A DNA stretch of 64,000 bases from Eledone cirrhosa (lineage: Eukaryota): positions 50,592,001 through 50,656,000 of the forward strand of contig OZ024743.1 of NCBI GenBank assembly GCA_964016885.1, in the 5' to 3' direction. Below the pieces are notes generated by a model. It searched no databases. It was given only the letters and a program-made list of their open reading frames with translations, and was not told where the DNA came from. This document shows positions 13,358 to 26,864 of the stretch, in pieces (position 1 is the first letter of the stretch; every line of letters starts with the position of its first letter). Made by a program: the position numbers and the translations under genes.

Positions 13358-13675
13358 TATCAAAAGGAAAATCCGAAGGCAAGGTAAAATTACAATCATT
13401 TAATCACGACACATGTTTCAATAAGAGATAGACCGATTGTGAAGACATGATCGATTATCACTGATCTCATCAGGTGAAAATAAATTGTCTTCAAATTCTT
13501 GATATGAGGGAGAAAAAATAACGATGTTCTCTTATTTTTTCTCCCTCATATCAAGAATTTGAAGACAATTCATTTTCACCTGATGAGATCAGTGATAATC
13601 GATCATGGCTTTCTTATTGAAACATGTGTCGTGATTAAATGATTGGAATTTTACCTTGCCTTCGGATTTTCATTT

Positions 13676-13680
<5 letters not shown>
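13358..13680. mobile_element. Fold-back (inverted pLTR-like) element with a hammerhead in each arm
   Basis: Arms of ~150-165 bp in inverted orientation. Plus HHR 13576-13634: TCAC-CTGATGA-...-GAAA-CATGTG-TC-GTGA; mirror copy at 13404-13477. Confidence 0.8.
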
Positions 13681-13753
<73 letters not shown>

Positions 13754-13755
<2 letters not shown>

Positions 13756-13961
13756 CTGCACTGCGTTGAGTACTCTTCACAATATTACACTAGGATTGAC
13801 CATACGGAATGACCAGTTCTATCCAGTGGTGAACCAACAAACCTAAGGATATATATATATATATATCTTTAGGTTTGTTGGTTCACCACTGAATAGAACT
13901 GGTCATTCCGTATGGTCAATCCTAGTGTAATATTGTGAAGAGTACTCAACGCAGTGCAGTT
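13754..13961. repeat. ~95-bp inverted repeat around a (TA)n spacer
   Basis: 13754-13848 is the reverse complement of 13866-13961 with about 2 mismatches. Confidence 0.9.
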
Positions 13962-14060
13962 CACCCATCTTCGTTTGTGTAGTTGGTGGTGCGAATACGG
14001 AGTTAATTATAAATGAAATAACAGGAGGCTGGACTGGTGTAAATCCTTGAAAGGTTTATT

Positions 14061-14118
14061 ATACTATGATCATTTCAATGACCGGGTTCCATATGAATCC
14101 GGTGATATCATCAGGTAT
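14061..14118 (-). ncRNA. Type I hammerhead ribozyme motif
   Basis: Minus strand ATAC-CTGATGA-(ACCGG..CCGGT stem II)-GAAA-TGATCA-TA-GTAT, then AATAAA. Confidence 0.7.
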
Positions 14119-14266
14119 TGGAATATAACAAAGGAATATGTAAAAAGCCATGGGTCTGAAAAATCAGAGACAGAGGGGACGGCTGACCGACTAGCTTCTC
14201 TATATATATATGTGAGAGAAAGCCCAAACGTTTAGCTAACATTATAGTTTTGATTGTAGTTTTGAA

Positions 14267-14456
14267 GGGCAGTGAATTGGCAGTATCGGTAGAGGGTCGG
14301 GCGCCATGCTTTGCAGCACAGTTTCGTCCCTTTACGGACTGAGTTCAAATCCCGCCGAGGTTAACTTTGCCTTTCATCCTTACGGGGTCAATAAAATAAA
14401 GTACCAGTAATACACTGGGATTATTGCTGGCCTTGTGCCAAAAGTAGAAACAATTA
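14267..14456 (+). mobile_element. tRNA-derived SINE, family B
   Basis: B-box GAGTTCAAATCCC, core TTTGCCTTTCATCCTTACGGGGTC, tail GTGCCAAAAGTAGAAACAATTAT; at least 7 other copies in the window. Confidence 0.85.
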
Positions 14457-14795
14457 TAGTTTTGATTGTTGTGAATAGGAGAAAAATGTGATTTTCAAAT
14501 TATTAAAGAAGACCAAACCAATATATTTAGTTGTATCAACATATTGTATCAAGCAATATATTGAAATGTGTCATACAACCAATTAAAAATACGAAACAAT
14601 GGCTTAAAATGAAGTTTTGATTGATAACCGCTTTCAAATAATTTCACATTACTCCTGTCTTTGTAAATTACAGTATGTGTGTCTTCTGCCTATGGACTAC
14701 ATCAAATGTTTGCAGATGTATACAGTGTATACACCCACATATAAATAGAAAAATAAATCATATATATATATTATACGTGAATGGATGTACGATCA

Positions 14796-14840
<45 letters not shown>

Positions 14841-14865
14841 TTCGCTCTACATGGCTGAATACAAT

Positions 14866-15105
14866 AAATGTAATCTGAGTTTTTCGAATATTAATAATAA
14901 CATTCGATTCGTTTGCAATTATGCAAACAAGCCTCAATTTTATAGCCATGTTAGCAGAATGAACACTTCATTCTTGCTCTTATATTGGCATGTAAACAGA
15001 ACTGCAGACACTAATGATTCTGGGTATCACCCTTCATCAGTACAGCTCACTGTTCACCTGCCAATTGTCAGAGCTAGTGAAAATATATGCTATTTTCTAA
15101 AATAT

Positions 15106-15108
<3 letters not shown>
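14866..15108 (+). repeat. Unclassified dispersed repeat (second copy at 53401-53640)
   Basis: High identity over ~240 bp; both copies next to (TA)n. Confidence 0.8.
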
Positions 15109-15148
<40 letters not shown>

Positions 15149-15395
15149 ATACTTTGGGAGGGTCATGTTGCCAATAAGAAACACACGCACCAGTTGCTTT
15201 CACTTCAATTTAATTTATTATATATTTATAAATTTACAAATTTATAAATTTCTGGTTGGTTGGTTGGTTCCACAACCAGATATTTGTTTATATATATATA
15301 GTCATAGTTCTTTCGTCACACACTCTGTGACCTCTTCAGTGACTGGGGATTTCTTTCTTCGTTTCTGTGCCTTTCCTTTCTTCTATCCTACGCCA

Positions 15396-15448
15396 GAGAT
15401 TCCTGATGATTTCTAATGAATGAAACAGTTCTAGTCCTGTAGAATCTC
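15396..15448 (+). ncRNA. Type I hammerhead ribozyme motif
   Basis: GAGATTC-CTGATGA-TTTCTAATGAAT-GAAA-CAG..CTG-TA-GAATCTC (7-bp stem I); same family as 47717-48182; degenerate relative near 445-500. Confidence 0.8.
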
Positions 15449-15529
15449 ATCTATATTAAAACTGTTATACTCTGCTATGTATTGAGTACCTTACTTACTG
15501 TGGTTACCTCCGATTCAACCCGGAATAAC

Positions 15530-15567
<38 letters not shown>

Positions 15568-15573
<6 letters not shown>

Positions 15574-16490
15574 AATTAGTATATTTACCAACATATGTAT
15601 ACAGATGCATACCTATGCTAGCAAATATATATGTTTTGTTTGTCTTAGTAACTTTGCGGTTCTATGCAAGGGGATGCAGAACAATTATATGAAAGACGTA
15701 AATAAGAAAGTTATGAAAATTGACTTACTTACTACAATTTTCACTCCAACTAATTAGTTTCTGTAAGGGAATAAATATGGTTACGGAGCGTTTCCACAGA
15801 GAAACCTTACGTCATCAGGTAGTCTATTCTCAGCTAAGCTTCCAGGCTATGCGAGGACACTGGGAACTTATATAAAAATAATTCAGTGGATGGAAAAAGT
15901 GAGCGGGGACTAAATTCCAAGACATTGAAAAATTCACTGCCTACTTGGTCAGTGGCAAATTCAAAAGAATCAATCACGTGACACTGAGGTTAATCAGTGA
16001 GGAGTGGGGTGCTATTAAGACAAGGGCCTAGCCACTACCATGAACCATAGCAGTAATTTCGGCAAGTTTTGCTCAACAAATAATTTGGAGATAATTATAA
16101 AGAATTAGTATATCTACCAACATATGTATACAGATGCATACCTATGTTAGCAAATATATATGTTTTGTCTTAGTAACTTTGCGGTTCTATGCAAGGGGAT
16201 GCAGAACAATTATATGAAAGACGTAAATAAGAAAGTTATGAAAATTGACTTACTTACTAAAATTTTCACTCCAACTAATTAGTTTCTGTAAGAGAATAAA
16301 TATGGTTACGGAGCGTATCCACAGATAAACCTTACGTCATTAGGGAGTCTATTCTCAGCTAAGCTTCCAGGCAATGCGAGGACACTGGGAACTTATATAA
16401 AAATAATTCAGTGGATGGAAAAAAGCGAGCGGGGACTAAATTCCAAGACATTGAAAAATTCACTGCCTACTTGGTCAGTGGCAAATTCAA
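15568..16490. repeat. Partial tandem duplication, ~529-bp period (pLTR-like)
   Basis: 15568-15963 is repeated at 16097-16490; degenerate CTGATGA...GAAA on the minus strand near 15785-15820. Confidence 0.8.
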
Positions 16491-16821
16491 GAAGAAGAAG
16501 AAGAAGAAGAAGAAGAAGAAGACGAAGAAGAAGAAGAATTTCTTTATTGGCCACAAGGGCTGACATCAAGAAAAACATCACAGACGGAACAGGACGGTAC
16601 GATGTGGGTTTTGTGCGTGTAAATATTTTTATTATTTATATAGGAAAAGAAAAAAGACATAAAACATATATATAAACAATAAAATGAAAATTGAAACAAT
16701 GAAAAATTCCCCAATAGGGGGGAAACCTCCGAGGGTTATTCGTGGCGAAAACCGCACAAAACACCACGGCCACCCTGACTACCAGGGCAAGCGCCCTCTC
16801 TCAATTTTTCCATCTCTCAAA

Positions 16822-19800
16822 CTACAGACGTATATTCAGAGTGGTCCCGTTCACTCGGACCATTCTCACTACATTCACCCACCTTTCAACAAACTTGCTA
16901 GAAAGCAGCACTTGCCTCTCCACCCTGATTTTCCTCTTCAAGTGAAACTTGAAAAAGTTAATCAGGGATTCGCCGAAGAGGAAAGTGTTTGTCTTTAATC
17001 CTTTTAACCTTGTCCACCACACAATCTCTTTCGCCATGGCCACCAGGCAGATGAAAACCGCCTGCCCTTCCTCCTCAAAGGAAGACGGCGAGACTATTTG
17101 CACAATGGACTCAGTCGACAACCGGATCAGTCCCACACGTGACAGCAACTGTTCGACATAGCTCCACAAGTCAGCAATGCTCGGGCACTGAACGAGTGCG
17201 TGCACAACGGTTTCGTCGCTATGCGCTCATCTCGGACAGGCTCGGCTGACGGCACTTCCGTGCCTGTAGAGCTTATCTCGAACCGGCAGCGCTCCCCGGT
17301 AGCACTGCCAGGCCAGGGATTTTTGGAAGTTATCCATAGGCCCCGGGCTGAAAGTTCTCCGGAAGAGAGCAAGCAGCTGATCTTCTTCGACGCCCAGGAT
17401 CTCTCCGAGAACGTCGTCGCTCTTCCCCTCCACTAGTCCTCTATAAAACGCCGAGGTGGATGTTCCACCGATACTGGTGCCCAACTGGGAGAGGGCAGTG
17501 AGGGCCTAGAGACATTCCATTTTCCAAGCGCTATCCCTCGGTCTTTTTCTGACCCAGGACTGCAGCTCCGTCAAGGAGACGAGCTGTGGGAAAATGTGCC
17601 TGGCGAACGGCGACCACACCCGTTCACCATCAAGGAAGCACCAGAGATGTCGCAGTCTCAGCGCATATTTGCGCATCATCAGCCATGGCATGCCCAGTCC
17701 TCCACGCAACGGGTGTTGACAGCAGATGGATCGTCTGACCATGGGAGCGCGTCCCTTCCACAAAAAGCGGAAGAGGAGGCGCTCCATTTTGGTGAGAGTT
17801 GGGCTGGAGCAAGGGACGACGGTGAGGTGGTAGCAGATGACGGATGCGATGTACGCATTCGCCACTTCCGCCCGGCCTTTCAGGGACAGCTTCCTCTCAG
17901 CCCATTTCTGGGTGAGGGAGGCCACCCTGCTCGTCACCTCGTTCCAGTTTTTCTCCATCTGGAGGTCCAGTCCGAACCAGACCCCGAGCAATTTAATCGG
18001 TCCGTCCGTCCAACGCCCCACGACGCTGTCGGATGGCATGAACTTGCCTCTCCAGGTGCTGAGCTGCAAGCCCACCGACTTTTCCTGGTTTATCTTTGCT
18101 CCTGTCACCGTTTCGTATTCCTTGAGATCGGTGCCGAGCATCTGGACGTGTCTCGTGCTCGACACCACCACGGTGACGTCGTCGACGTAGGTCGACTCGG
18201 ATTTCCCGCATCCTAGTTCGCGTGGGACGCCCTTCATCGCCCCCAGTTTGTGCAGTAACGGCTCGAGAGCCAATACGTACAAGAGGGACGAGAGGGGACA
18301 ATCCTGGCGGACTGAGCGCATGATGCTGAACGGCTGCGACAGGTGACCGTTCACCCTCACAACTGAGCAGATGTCGCTGTACATTGCTGCGATCCAACGC
18401 CTGAAAACGGGCCCGAAACCTGCTGCCTCGAGGACCGCCGCCAGGTACCGATGGTCGACCCTATCAAATGCTTTGGATTGATCCAAGTTGATCAGGGCCC
18501 CACCCTTGCCAGGTTCCTTAACCACCCTCTCTATGATGTATCGCATGAGGTGGAGGTTGTCGTGTATGGATCTGTCCGGAATGGCGCATGTCTGCGCCTC
18601 TCCCACCAGACCCTTTACGACAAGCGCCAACCTCGTTGCTAACACCTTGGCCAAAATCTTGAACTCTGCGTTTAGCAGAGTTATGGGCCTGAAATTATCA
18701 ATAACATCCCCCTTGTTCGAGTTTTTTCTCAGCAGCGCCACTCCTCCCGGCTCACAAAACTGGGAATGCTCCCGTTCTGCTGCCAGTTGCAGTAGACGTC
18801 TGCCAAGAGGTCACCAAACAAGTCTGGCATAAATGCATAAAGCTCGTAGGGCAGACCATCTAAACCTGGCGATTTACCTCTTGTGCAGCTAGCCATCGCT
18901 TCCCGTATTTCACAGGCTGTTATTGGCTTTTCGCAACACTGTGCTGCGGTCGTCGAGAGCCGAGGCAGTCCGTCGAGGTATGCACTGAAGTCCATGTCCC
19001 GATCCGGGCCACCGCCGCTCCCGAACAGTTCAGAAAAGTGCTGCTGAAAAGCTTCACACATCCGCTCGGGTTTTAGCATCACGCACCCGTTTTGGTCAGA
19101 CAAAGACCGAATTGTGGCTTTATTGCCACGTCGCGCCTCTGCCACCCGGGCCCATTGGACGGCTTTTGTCCCCTCGTGTTTCAGAGCACGCGCTCTAGCT
19201 CTGACAACGCAGCCTTCGTGTTTTGCGTTGGAGAATTGGTCGAGTGCCAATCTCGCCGCAAGCACGTCGGTTGCGATGCCTGTCCTAAACGCCTCTTCTA
19301 GCTTTCTGACTAGCTCTCCCTCTACTCTATTTTCCTCTATCACTACTCCTTTGCTAAACCTAATCGACTCTACTTTAATTGCCCTTTTCAGGGCGAACCA
19401 CCACCTATTGTTGACGACGGCTCCCGTCAACGCCCGCTTAACTAATACGCTAATCCGGTCTCTGTAGGCCTTGCGCGCCGGGAAAGACGCGTTCAGCTTC
19501 CAGTAACCAAGCCCTTGTCTATGAAGTCTGTCTATGTCGATCTCACAGATCACAAATGTGTGGTCTGTGTAGTCGACTATTTTAAATTGTGGACAACTTA
19601 TACTAGCCTTATCTAGTTCCCTGCAGAATACCCTATCTAGATACGATCTGGATGACCCGATGCGGTTTGTCCATGTCTACATTGGCACATTCGGGGGATC
19701 CAGTCGATACCTGTCAGACAGTTCAAAACGTCTGAGCAGGTTGGTGAGGCTCTTGCACCCTCCTCCCCTATCCACTAGCCCCACACAATCCCAGCGTGCA

Positions 19801-20240
19801 TCCAAGATACCGTTCCAGTCGCCCAAAAGCACTAAAGAGCGGGACGTTCCAAGAAAGGTCTCTAGACGTCTGAAGAAATCTGGCCGTCCTGCGCCTGTTG
19901 GGGCGTAGACGGCTACTAGCCTGAAAGCATTGCCTTCGCTGCCGGTCACGTCCAGCACCACCGACTTACCTTCTGGGTCCAGGAAGATGGCCCGTATCGC
20001 GAGTTCCAAGCCTCTCCGAAAAAGGACGGCAACCCCTCCCCCCGATCCTGGACGGCTGGGAGATGCGTATACATCGTAGCCGCCGAAGATCGGTGCGAAG
20101 GCCCGTGCCTCGGAGATTCTGGTTTCACTGATGGCCACCACATCTATGTTTAGTGACCTGAGGTCATTGAGCAGGTGACCCTGCTTCTAAGATGACTCCA
20201 GGCCACGTGCATTTATACTGCCTATTCTGAGTACAGCCAT
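16822..20240 (-). pseudogene. Tx1 ORF2 (APE endonuclease, RT, C-terminal Cys/His finger), disrupted
   Basis: ISETR, VYAP, GDWNG, GYWKLN, KSPGLDGLP, FRPITLLN, DQSKAFDRV, YVDD, CPR..HA..C, split over several ORF fragments. Confidence 0.92.
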
Positions 20241-20272
20241 GTTGGATGAGAAACGAGGCAAATGAGAAAGGG

Positions 20273-22302
20273 TCACTTACCTTGTTCGTGTGGTGAAGGG
20301 ACAGTAGAACCGTCCCTTTCGCTGGTAATGGGTGTTTCCAAGAGGATATCAGCGTATATCCTCTTGGTAACCGACCCTCTGAAGTCTCCAACTGCGTTGG
20401 GAAATTTTTGTTTTAAAGGTTTGTATTGTTCTAATGAGATTTCGATGATGCTTATGTTTGTCGGGAGAGTTCTTGGTGTTGGTGGGGTGTAGTAATTTTT
20501 TTCCGTGATGTCTGTGTGCTGCTTTATATATTTTATGAGTTCTTTTTTTGCTATTTTTATGGCTGTGTACTTTTGGGGAGGAGGGGTGATTTTGTTGCCG
20601 TTTTCTTCTTGCTGCTGTTTGGTGTTTGCGTTGTTGGTGTTTGTGGTGCTGTTGCTGCAAGTTTCCTTGCTGGCTTTACCCCTCTTTGTATGCCTTCGCT
20701 TTTGGAGGGTGAATCTAAGGGTTTTTTCCTTTTTTGTTTTTTGTGGCAGACTGTTTGCCACGTCACTCCCGCCTCAAACTCCATGTCGGATTCTGTGGCG
20801 TCTGGGAGGGGTATGTGCTCCACGGCTGTTGGTGGTGGTAGTGGAGCCCTCTTCGGCAATGTTGTTGCTGGTGTAGCTATTTCAAATGTAGCTATTGGTG
20901 TTGCCGCTACTGATGATGCTGCTTTAGTTATCCGTGGCCTTGGTACGGGTGCTACGGACGTTGCCCTCCTACTCACCGTGGAAGGGGCTTCTTCGTTTGT
21001 TGCCTGTCCTGCTCTTGGTAGCAGCGGACCAGGTATTGGAAGGAGGGGGGCCCTCTTCGGTGTCATCTGCGGGCAAAATGTCCTGAGGTGACCTTTCGAC
21101 CCACAGAGATAACATTTTGGCCGTCTTAGTTCTACACTTATAGGGAGTTGGAGTCCTTCCTCAAAGTCTATGATATCGGGGATAGCCTCGATACATTCCT
21201 GGTCAGTTTGTATAAGCATTTGCATGCCTATACCTGACCAGTTCTCTCTCCCTATTTTTTCTACTTGCAGCATGGTCGCCCTGTTCTCAATTCCAGCAAG
21301 GACAGACGCGGCCAGCTAAGGTATGGGCACGTCGGGTGGGACCTGGGTCACTTTGACCCTCACAATTTTCTGCCCGCAGTAGAAGGGCACCAAGACTAAC
21401 TCCTCACTCTTTAGGGTTTCCAAAGAGTGAGACTTTGCTTCCTGGGGGGTGGCGAAAAGTACGTCTACTGTGGCGTACTTTCTGCCTCGGGTGATGTGGG
21501 TTTTGCGTGCCCAGACGCACCCCAAGGCCTTTTGGATTTGAGCCTCCGTGTCTCTCTCCACTCGATGTAAGATTTTGCTTACGGTGCGGTAAGTCACCGT
21601 TCGTAGCTGCTGATCCTTGAAAAAATCGGGTGGAGGTTTCAGGGAAACTCTATTTGCGCTTCTTGTCACCATGGCCCTTGCGACTGCCATCTCCTCCTCT
21701 GTGACTAACACTGTCTCGATATTTCGGGCGACACCTGCAAAAGAAGTGGTCCCTTTTTCAGCAGCACCACTATTGCTGCCGCTACTGGTCTTACTGGTGG
21801 TGCTGAGGTCGCTATTACAGGTATCGATGTCATTGTTGTTCTTTTCGCTGGTACAGTTGTTGGTGTTGTTTTCGTTGATACTGTTGCTGCTGTTACTGTT
21901 ATTGTGGCTGTTGTTATTATTGTTGTTTTTGTTGATACTGTTCCTACTATTATTGTTGTTGTGGCTGTTGTTATTGTCATTGTTATTGTCGTTCTCGACC
22001 TTACCGCTGTTATTTTTGTTATTGTCGTTCTCGACCTTACCGCTGTTATTTTTGTTATTGTCGTTCTCGACTTTACCGCTGTTATTTTTGGTGTTGTTGT
22101 TGGTGATGTTGTTGGTGTTATTGTTGGTGTTGTTTGTGTTAGAAATATTTGTTAATTTTAAATCTGTAACAATCTTTTTTTCCTTTGTAATATTTTCGTT
22201 TATATTTACCTCCGCTGGAACGCTGTCTTGTTGACATGTTCATAAAGTCTCCCTCTCTCTGTGTTGTCTGACAGCGCTCTCTCTCTTTTTTGTGTTATCC
22301 AT
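20273..22302 (-). pseudogene. Tx1 ORF1 (gag-like, CCHC knuckle), disrupted
   Basis: CAACATGG start at 22302; CYLCGSKGHLRTFC knuckle; in-frame stops near 22240 and 21316 and one frameshift. Confidence 0.8.
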
Positions 22303-22529
22303 GTTGAAATTTTTCAAAAGATATTTTTACACAAATACGAATACGACACCCCGTAAAGGGGTGCCGTATTATTTACTAGTGAACCCCTGTATTAGGTGGG
22401 TCATTTCTAAACTTTTATCAAATGTAAAACGGTTTAGAACGGTTGAAAAAGAGGTAAAACGTTGAAAAAGACTGGAGGCGATAAGAAGCGTGGCTTCACC
22501 AACCAATAATAATAATAATAATGTGTTGT

Positions 22530-22996
22530 ATGCAGTGGGATACAGAGAGCGGGAGGGAATTTGTTGGTTTAGTGAGAGAGCGGGAATTAACAGAGTGAAA
22601 GAGAGTGAGTTATGTAGTGTAATATAGAGAGGGGAGAGAATTTTGTGGTCTAGTGAAAGAGCGGGAATTAAGAGATTGAAAGAGAGTGAGATATGTAGTG
22701 GAATATAGAGAGAGGGAAGAAAATTTCGTGGTCTAGTGAGAGAGGGGGTTTTGAGAAAGAGTGAAGTATGTTAAGGTATGTAATGGTATAGAGTGAGGGC
22801 GAGAGAGTTTGTTGGTCTAGTGAGAGAGGGGGGAATTGTGAGATAGAGTGAGGTGTATAGTGATATATAGAGAGGGGAAAATAATTTGTTGGTTTAGAGA
22901 AAGAGGGGGAATTAAGTGCGTGGAATAAAGGGAGTTATGTAGCGAGTTATGTAGAAAGGAGAATAGAGTTTGTTGGTTTAATGAGAGAGGGGGAAT

Positions 22997-23063
<67 letters not shown>

Positions 23064-23200
23064 GGTGTAGAGTGATATATAGAGAGGGGAAGAGAATTTG
23101 TTTGTTTAGAGAGAGAGGGGCAATTAAGTGCGTGGAAGAGAGGTAGTTATGTAATGGAATATAAAGGGAGGGGGAGAATTCGGTGGTTTAGTAAGAGAGT
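22530..23200. repeat. Degenerate GA-rich minisatellite between the two Tx1 elements
   Basis: Repeating TTTGTTGGTTTAGTGAGAGAGGGGGAATT...TATATAGAGAGGGG units. Confidence 0.75.
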
Positions 23201-23441
23201 AATTTCTATTTATTTGCCACCAGGGCATCAAAGATTGGGACAACTACAAAAGAGGGAGTTTACATACATTTAAAAAGACGTGTAAAAAACATATAACAAA
23301 TTAAATTTAACAATCGATATCCTCAATAGGGAGGGGCGTTGACATGGGTCGCACACACCCCCGAAAAAATGTGCAACCCTCCTCTTCAGGAGCACAAAGA
23401 GCGGGTGCTTCCTTCCTCTTCTCATTCTTCTCCTCTCTCAC

Positions 23442-26400
23442 CTACAGGCTGATATAGAGAGAAGGCCCATTCACTCGGGCCATTCTCGCTACTTTCACCC
23501 ACCTTTCATAAAACTTGCTGGGGTAGAGCACCTCTCTCTCCATTCTGATCCTTCTTCTAAAGTGGTACCTGAAAAAAAGGACCCGTTGTTGGCCGGAGAG
23601 AAAGGTGTCTGACCTCAGCCCTTTCAACCTTGTCCACCATACAACCTCTTTCGCCATAGCTATCACACAGAGGAAAACCGCCTCTCCTTCGTTTTTGAAA
23701 GGGGAAGGCGGTTTGATCGTGACAATGTTCTCGGTGGTCAACCGGATTGGTCCCACCCGCGACAGTAGTCGTTCCACATAGCCCCACAGGTCAGCAACGC
23801 CCGGGCAGTGTACGAATGCGTGTGCGACGGTTTTCTCTTCACGCACGCATCTCGGACAGATCTTCTTCGAGGGGTCCCTACCCGGGCGCCCGTGTCTGTA
23901 GAGCTTGTCCCGAACGGGTAGAGCTCCTCGGTAACATTGCCAAGCCAGGGACTTTTGGAAGTTGTCCATCGGCCCCGGGCCAAACGTCCTACCGAACAGA
24001 CTGGCTAGCTCATCTTCCTCCATGCCCAGAGCCTCTCCGAGAGCGTCGTCGCACTTACTGCGCACCAACCCTCTATAGAATGTTGAGGTTGAGTCTCCAC
24101 TGATTGCCGGATCCGCTTGCCAGAGGGCCGTGAGCGCCTGGGCACATTCAATGTGCAAGTCGCCCACTTTTCTCGGTCTTTGCTTGACCCAGGATTGCAG
24201 TTCGGTGAGTGAGACGAGTCTCGGAAAGGCTCGCCTCACAAACAAGGCCCACACCGGCTGACCGGTGAGGAATACCTGGAGGTGCCGTAGCCTTAATGCG
24301 TGTCTACGCATTTCAGCCACGGCATCTCCAGCCCTCCGTTCGAAGGGTGTTGACAGCAGATGGATCTTCTCACCAAAGGAGCCCGCTTCTTCCAAAGAAA
24401 TCGGAAGAGCGCGCGCTCCATTTTGGCGAGTGTTTTCTCTGGGCAAGGCACGACGGTCAAGCGGTAGTAGATGACGGAGGCTATATAAGCGTTTGCCACC
24501 TCCGCTCGACCTTTCTGGGATAGTTTGCACTCGGCCCACTTCTGGGCGAGTTTAAACACCTTGCCCGTTACCTCGTCCCAGTTTTTCTCCACCTGGAGGT
24601 CCGGTCCGAACCAGATCCCGAGCAGCTTCACCGGTCCCTCCGTCCAGCGTCCGACGATGCCGTCGGAGGGCATCGGTTTGCCCCTCCACGTCCCGAGTTG
24701 CAAACCGACGGACTTGTCCCGGTTCAGCTTGGCTCCTGTGAACGTTTCATATTCCTCCAGTAAGGTGCCGATCTGCCCGATTTCCGAGGCGCACGACACC
24801 ATTACTGTCACGTCATCGGCGTAGGCCGACAACGCTTTCCACAATCCCGGTTCCAAGGGGATGCCCTGCAACAGCTCATGCTTCCGCAGTAGTGTCTCGA
24901 GAGCCAGCACATACAGAAGGGAGGAGAGAGGGCATCCCTGTCGAAGGGATCGCGTGATTTGGAACGGCTCCGAGAGGTAGCCGTTCACCTTGACCCTCGA
25001 GCAGATGTTGCTGCTGTGCATTGCAGCAATCCAGCCCCTGAAAACGGGTCTGAAGCCTGCCGCCGCGAGCACCGCATCCAGGTACCGACGGTCGACCCTA
25101 TCGAACGCCTTAGATTGATCCAAGTTGATCAGGGCTCCACCAAAGCCGGGTTCGTTCCCTACGCTCTCTACGATGTATCGCATGAGGTGGAGGTTGTCGT
25201 GTATGGACCTGGACGGGATTGCGCATGTCTGCGCTTCTCCCACCAGGTTCCCGACGACAAGTGCCAACCTCTTCGCTAACACCTTGGCCAAAATCTTTAA
25301 CTCTGTGTTTAGCAGAATTATGGGCCTGAAGTTATCTATGTCATCCCCCTTGTTCTCGTCCTTCCTCACCAGGGTCACTACGCTCTTGGTCACAGAACTG
25401 GGAATTCTCCCGTTCTGTTGCCAGTTGCAGTAGACCGCCTCGAGGAGACCGGAGAACAAGCTCGGCATCGCTACATAAAGTTCGTATGGTAGACCATCGA
25501 GACCCGGAGATTTGCGTTTGCCGCATTGGCTCAGCGCTTCCCCTATTTCAGCGGCTGAAATCGGCCTCTCGCAGGACTTCGCCTCCCCGTCCGAGAGCCG
25601 CGCCAGACCGTCGAGGTATGGACCGAAATCCATGGCCCCACCCGGCCCGCCGCCCCTCCCGAACAGTCGTGCAAAGCGCCGTTGAAAGGCCGCGCTCATC
25701 CGCTCAGGTTCAAGGATCACGCGTCCATCCTGGTCTTTCAAAGACCGAATCGTGGACTTGTTTCCACTTTTTGCCTCTGTCACTCGGGCCCAGCTAACAG
25801 CTTTGGCTCCCTCGTTACCCAGAGCACGTATTTTACTCCTGAAAACGCAGCCCTCGTACTTCGCATCAAAGAACTGGTCTAGGGCCGTTCTTGACGCCAG
25901 CACGCCGGCCACGTTGCCACTCCTAATCGCCTCTTCTACTCTATCTCTTAATTCCCTTTCAGTTCTATTCCTATCTGATGCTAATTCCTGACTAAAACCT
26001 ATCAATTCTATTCTAATTTCTCTCTTGAGAGAGCCCCACCACCTGCTGTTGACAATTGCCCCCGTCAACCGCTGCTTAACTAGTGTGCTAATCCGCTTAC
26101 TGTAAGCTTTGTTTGTCGGTAAAGACAAGTTTAGCTTCCAGTAACCGGGTCCCTGTCTATGAGTTCTATCAAGGTTGACCACTCCGGTCACTAACTTGTG
26201 ATCCGAATAGTCAACCATGAACATTCGTGGACAGCTTAATATGTCCCTATCCTTATTTCTAACTAGGAACCTATCTAGGTACGACCTAGATGTTCCGCTA
26301 TGATTAGTCCACGTCTACAGTGGCACAGTCGATATCTATCGGCCAGATCAAATCGGCCTATTAATCGTTTGAGGCTGTTACACCCTCCTCTATCGGGACA

Positions 26401-26864
26401 TGCCCTACATAATCCCAACGTGCATCCAGGATGCCATTCCAGTCCCCCACTAAAAGCAAGGAGCGAGACGTTCCCAGGAAATTCTCCAGGCGTCGGAAGA
26501 AGTCCGGTCGCGGTGTCCCAGATGGGGCATACGCTGCCACTAGCCTGAAAGCTCCACCTTCACTACTGCCGACGTCTAAAACCACCAGTCGACCCTCCGG
26601 GTCCAGGTGTACCTTCTGTGTGGCAAGACCCAGGTATTTTCGCAGCAGAACGACAACCCCACCCCCACCCCTCGGCTGACAGAGAGATGCGTAGATCTCA
26701 AAGTCGTCGAAGATGGGGGCCAGTTGGCGCTCGCTGCTGATCCTGGACTCGCAAATAACCATTACATTCACTCTGTGCGACCTGAGGTCATTTAAGAGTT
26801 TGCCCTGTTTCCAGGACATCCCCAGGCCGCGTGCATTCACACATCCAACTCTTATATTGGCCAT
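23442..26864 (-). pseudogene. Tx1 ORF2 (APE, RT, zinc finger), frameshifted
   Basis: NARGL, ICESR, YAP, GDWNG, YSDH, RQGCPLS, YADD, CPRC..HA..C. Confidence 0.93.

Larger units (their letters stand above)
16538..22500 (-). mobile_element. Near-full-length Tx1/L1-clade non-LTR retrotransposon, family 1
   Basis: 5'UTR, ORF1, ORF2 and 3'UTR ending AATAAAGAAA into (TTC)n. Confidence 0.92.
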
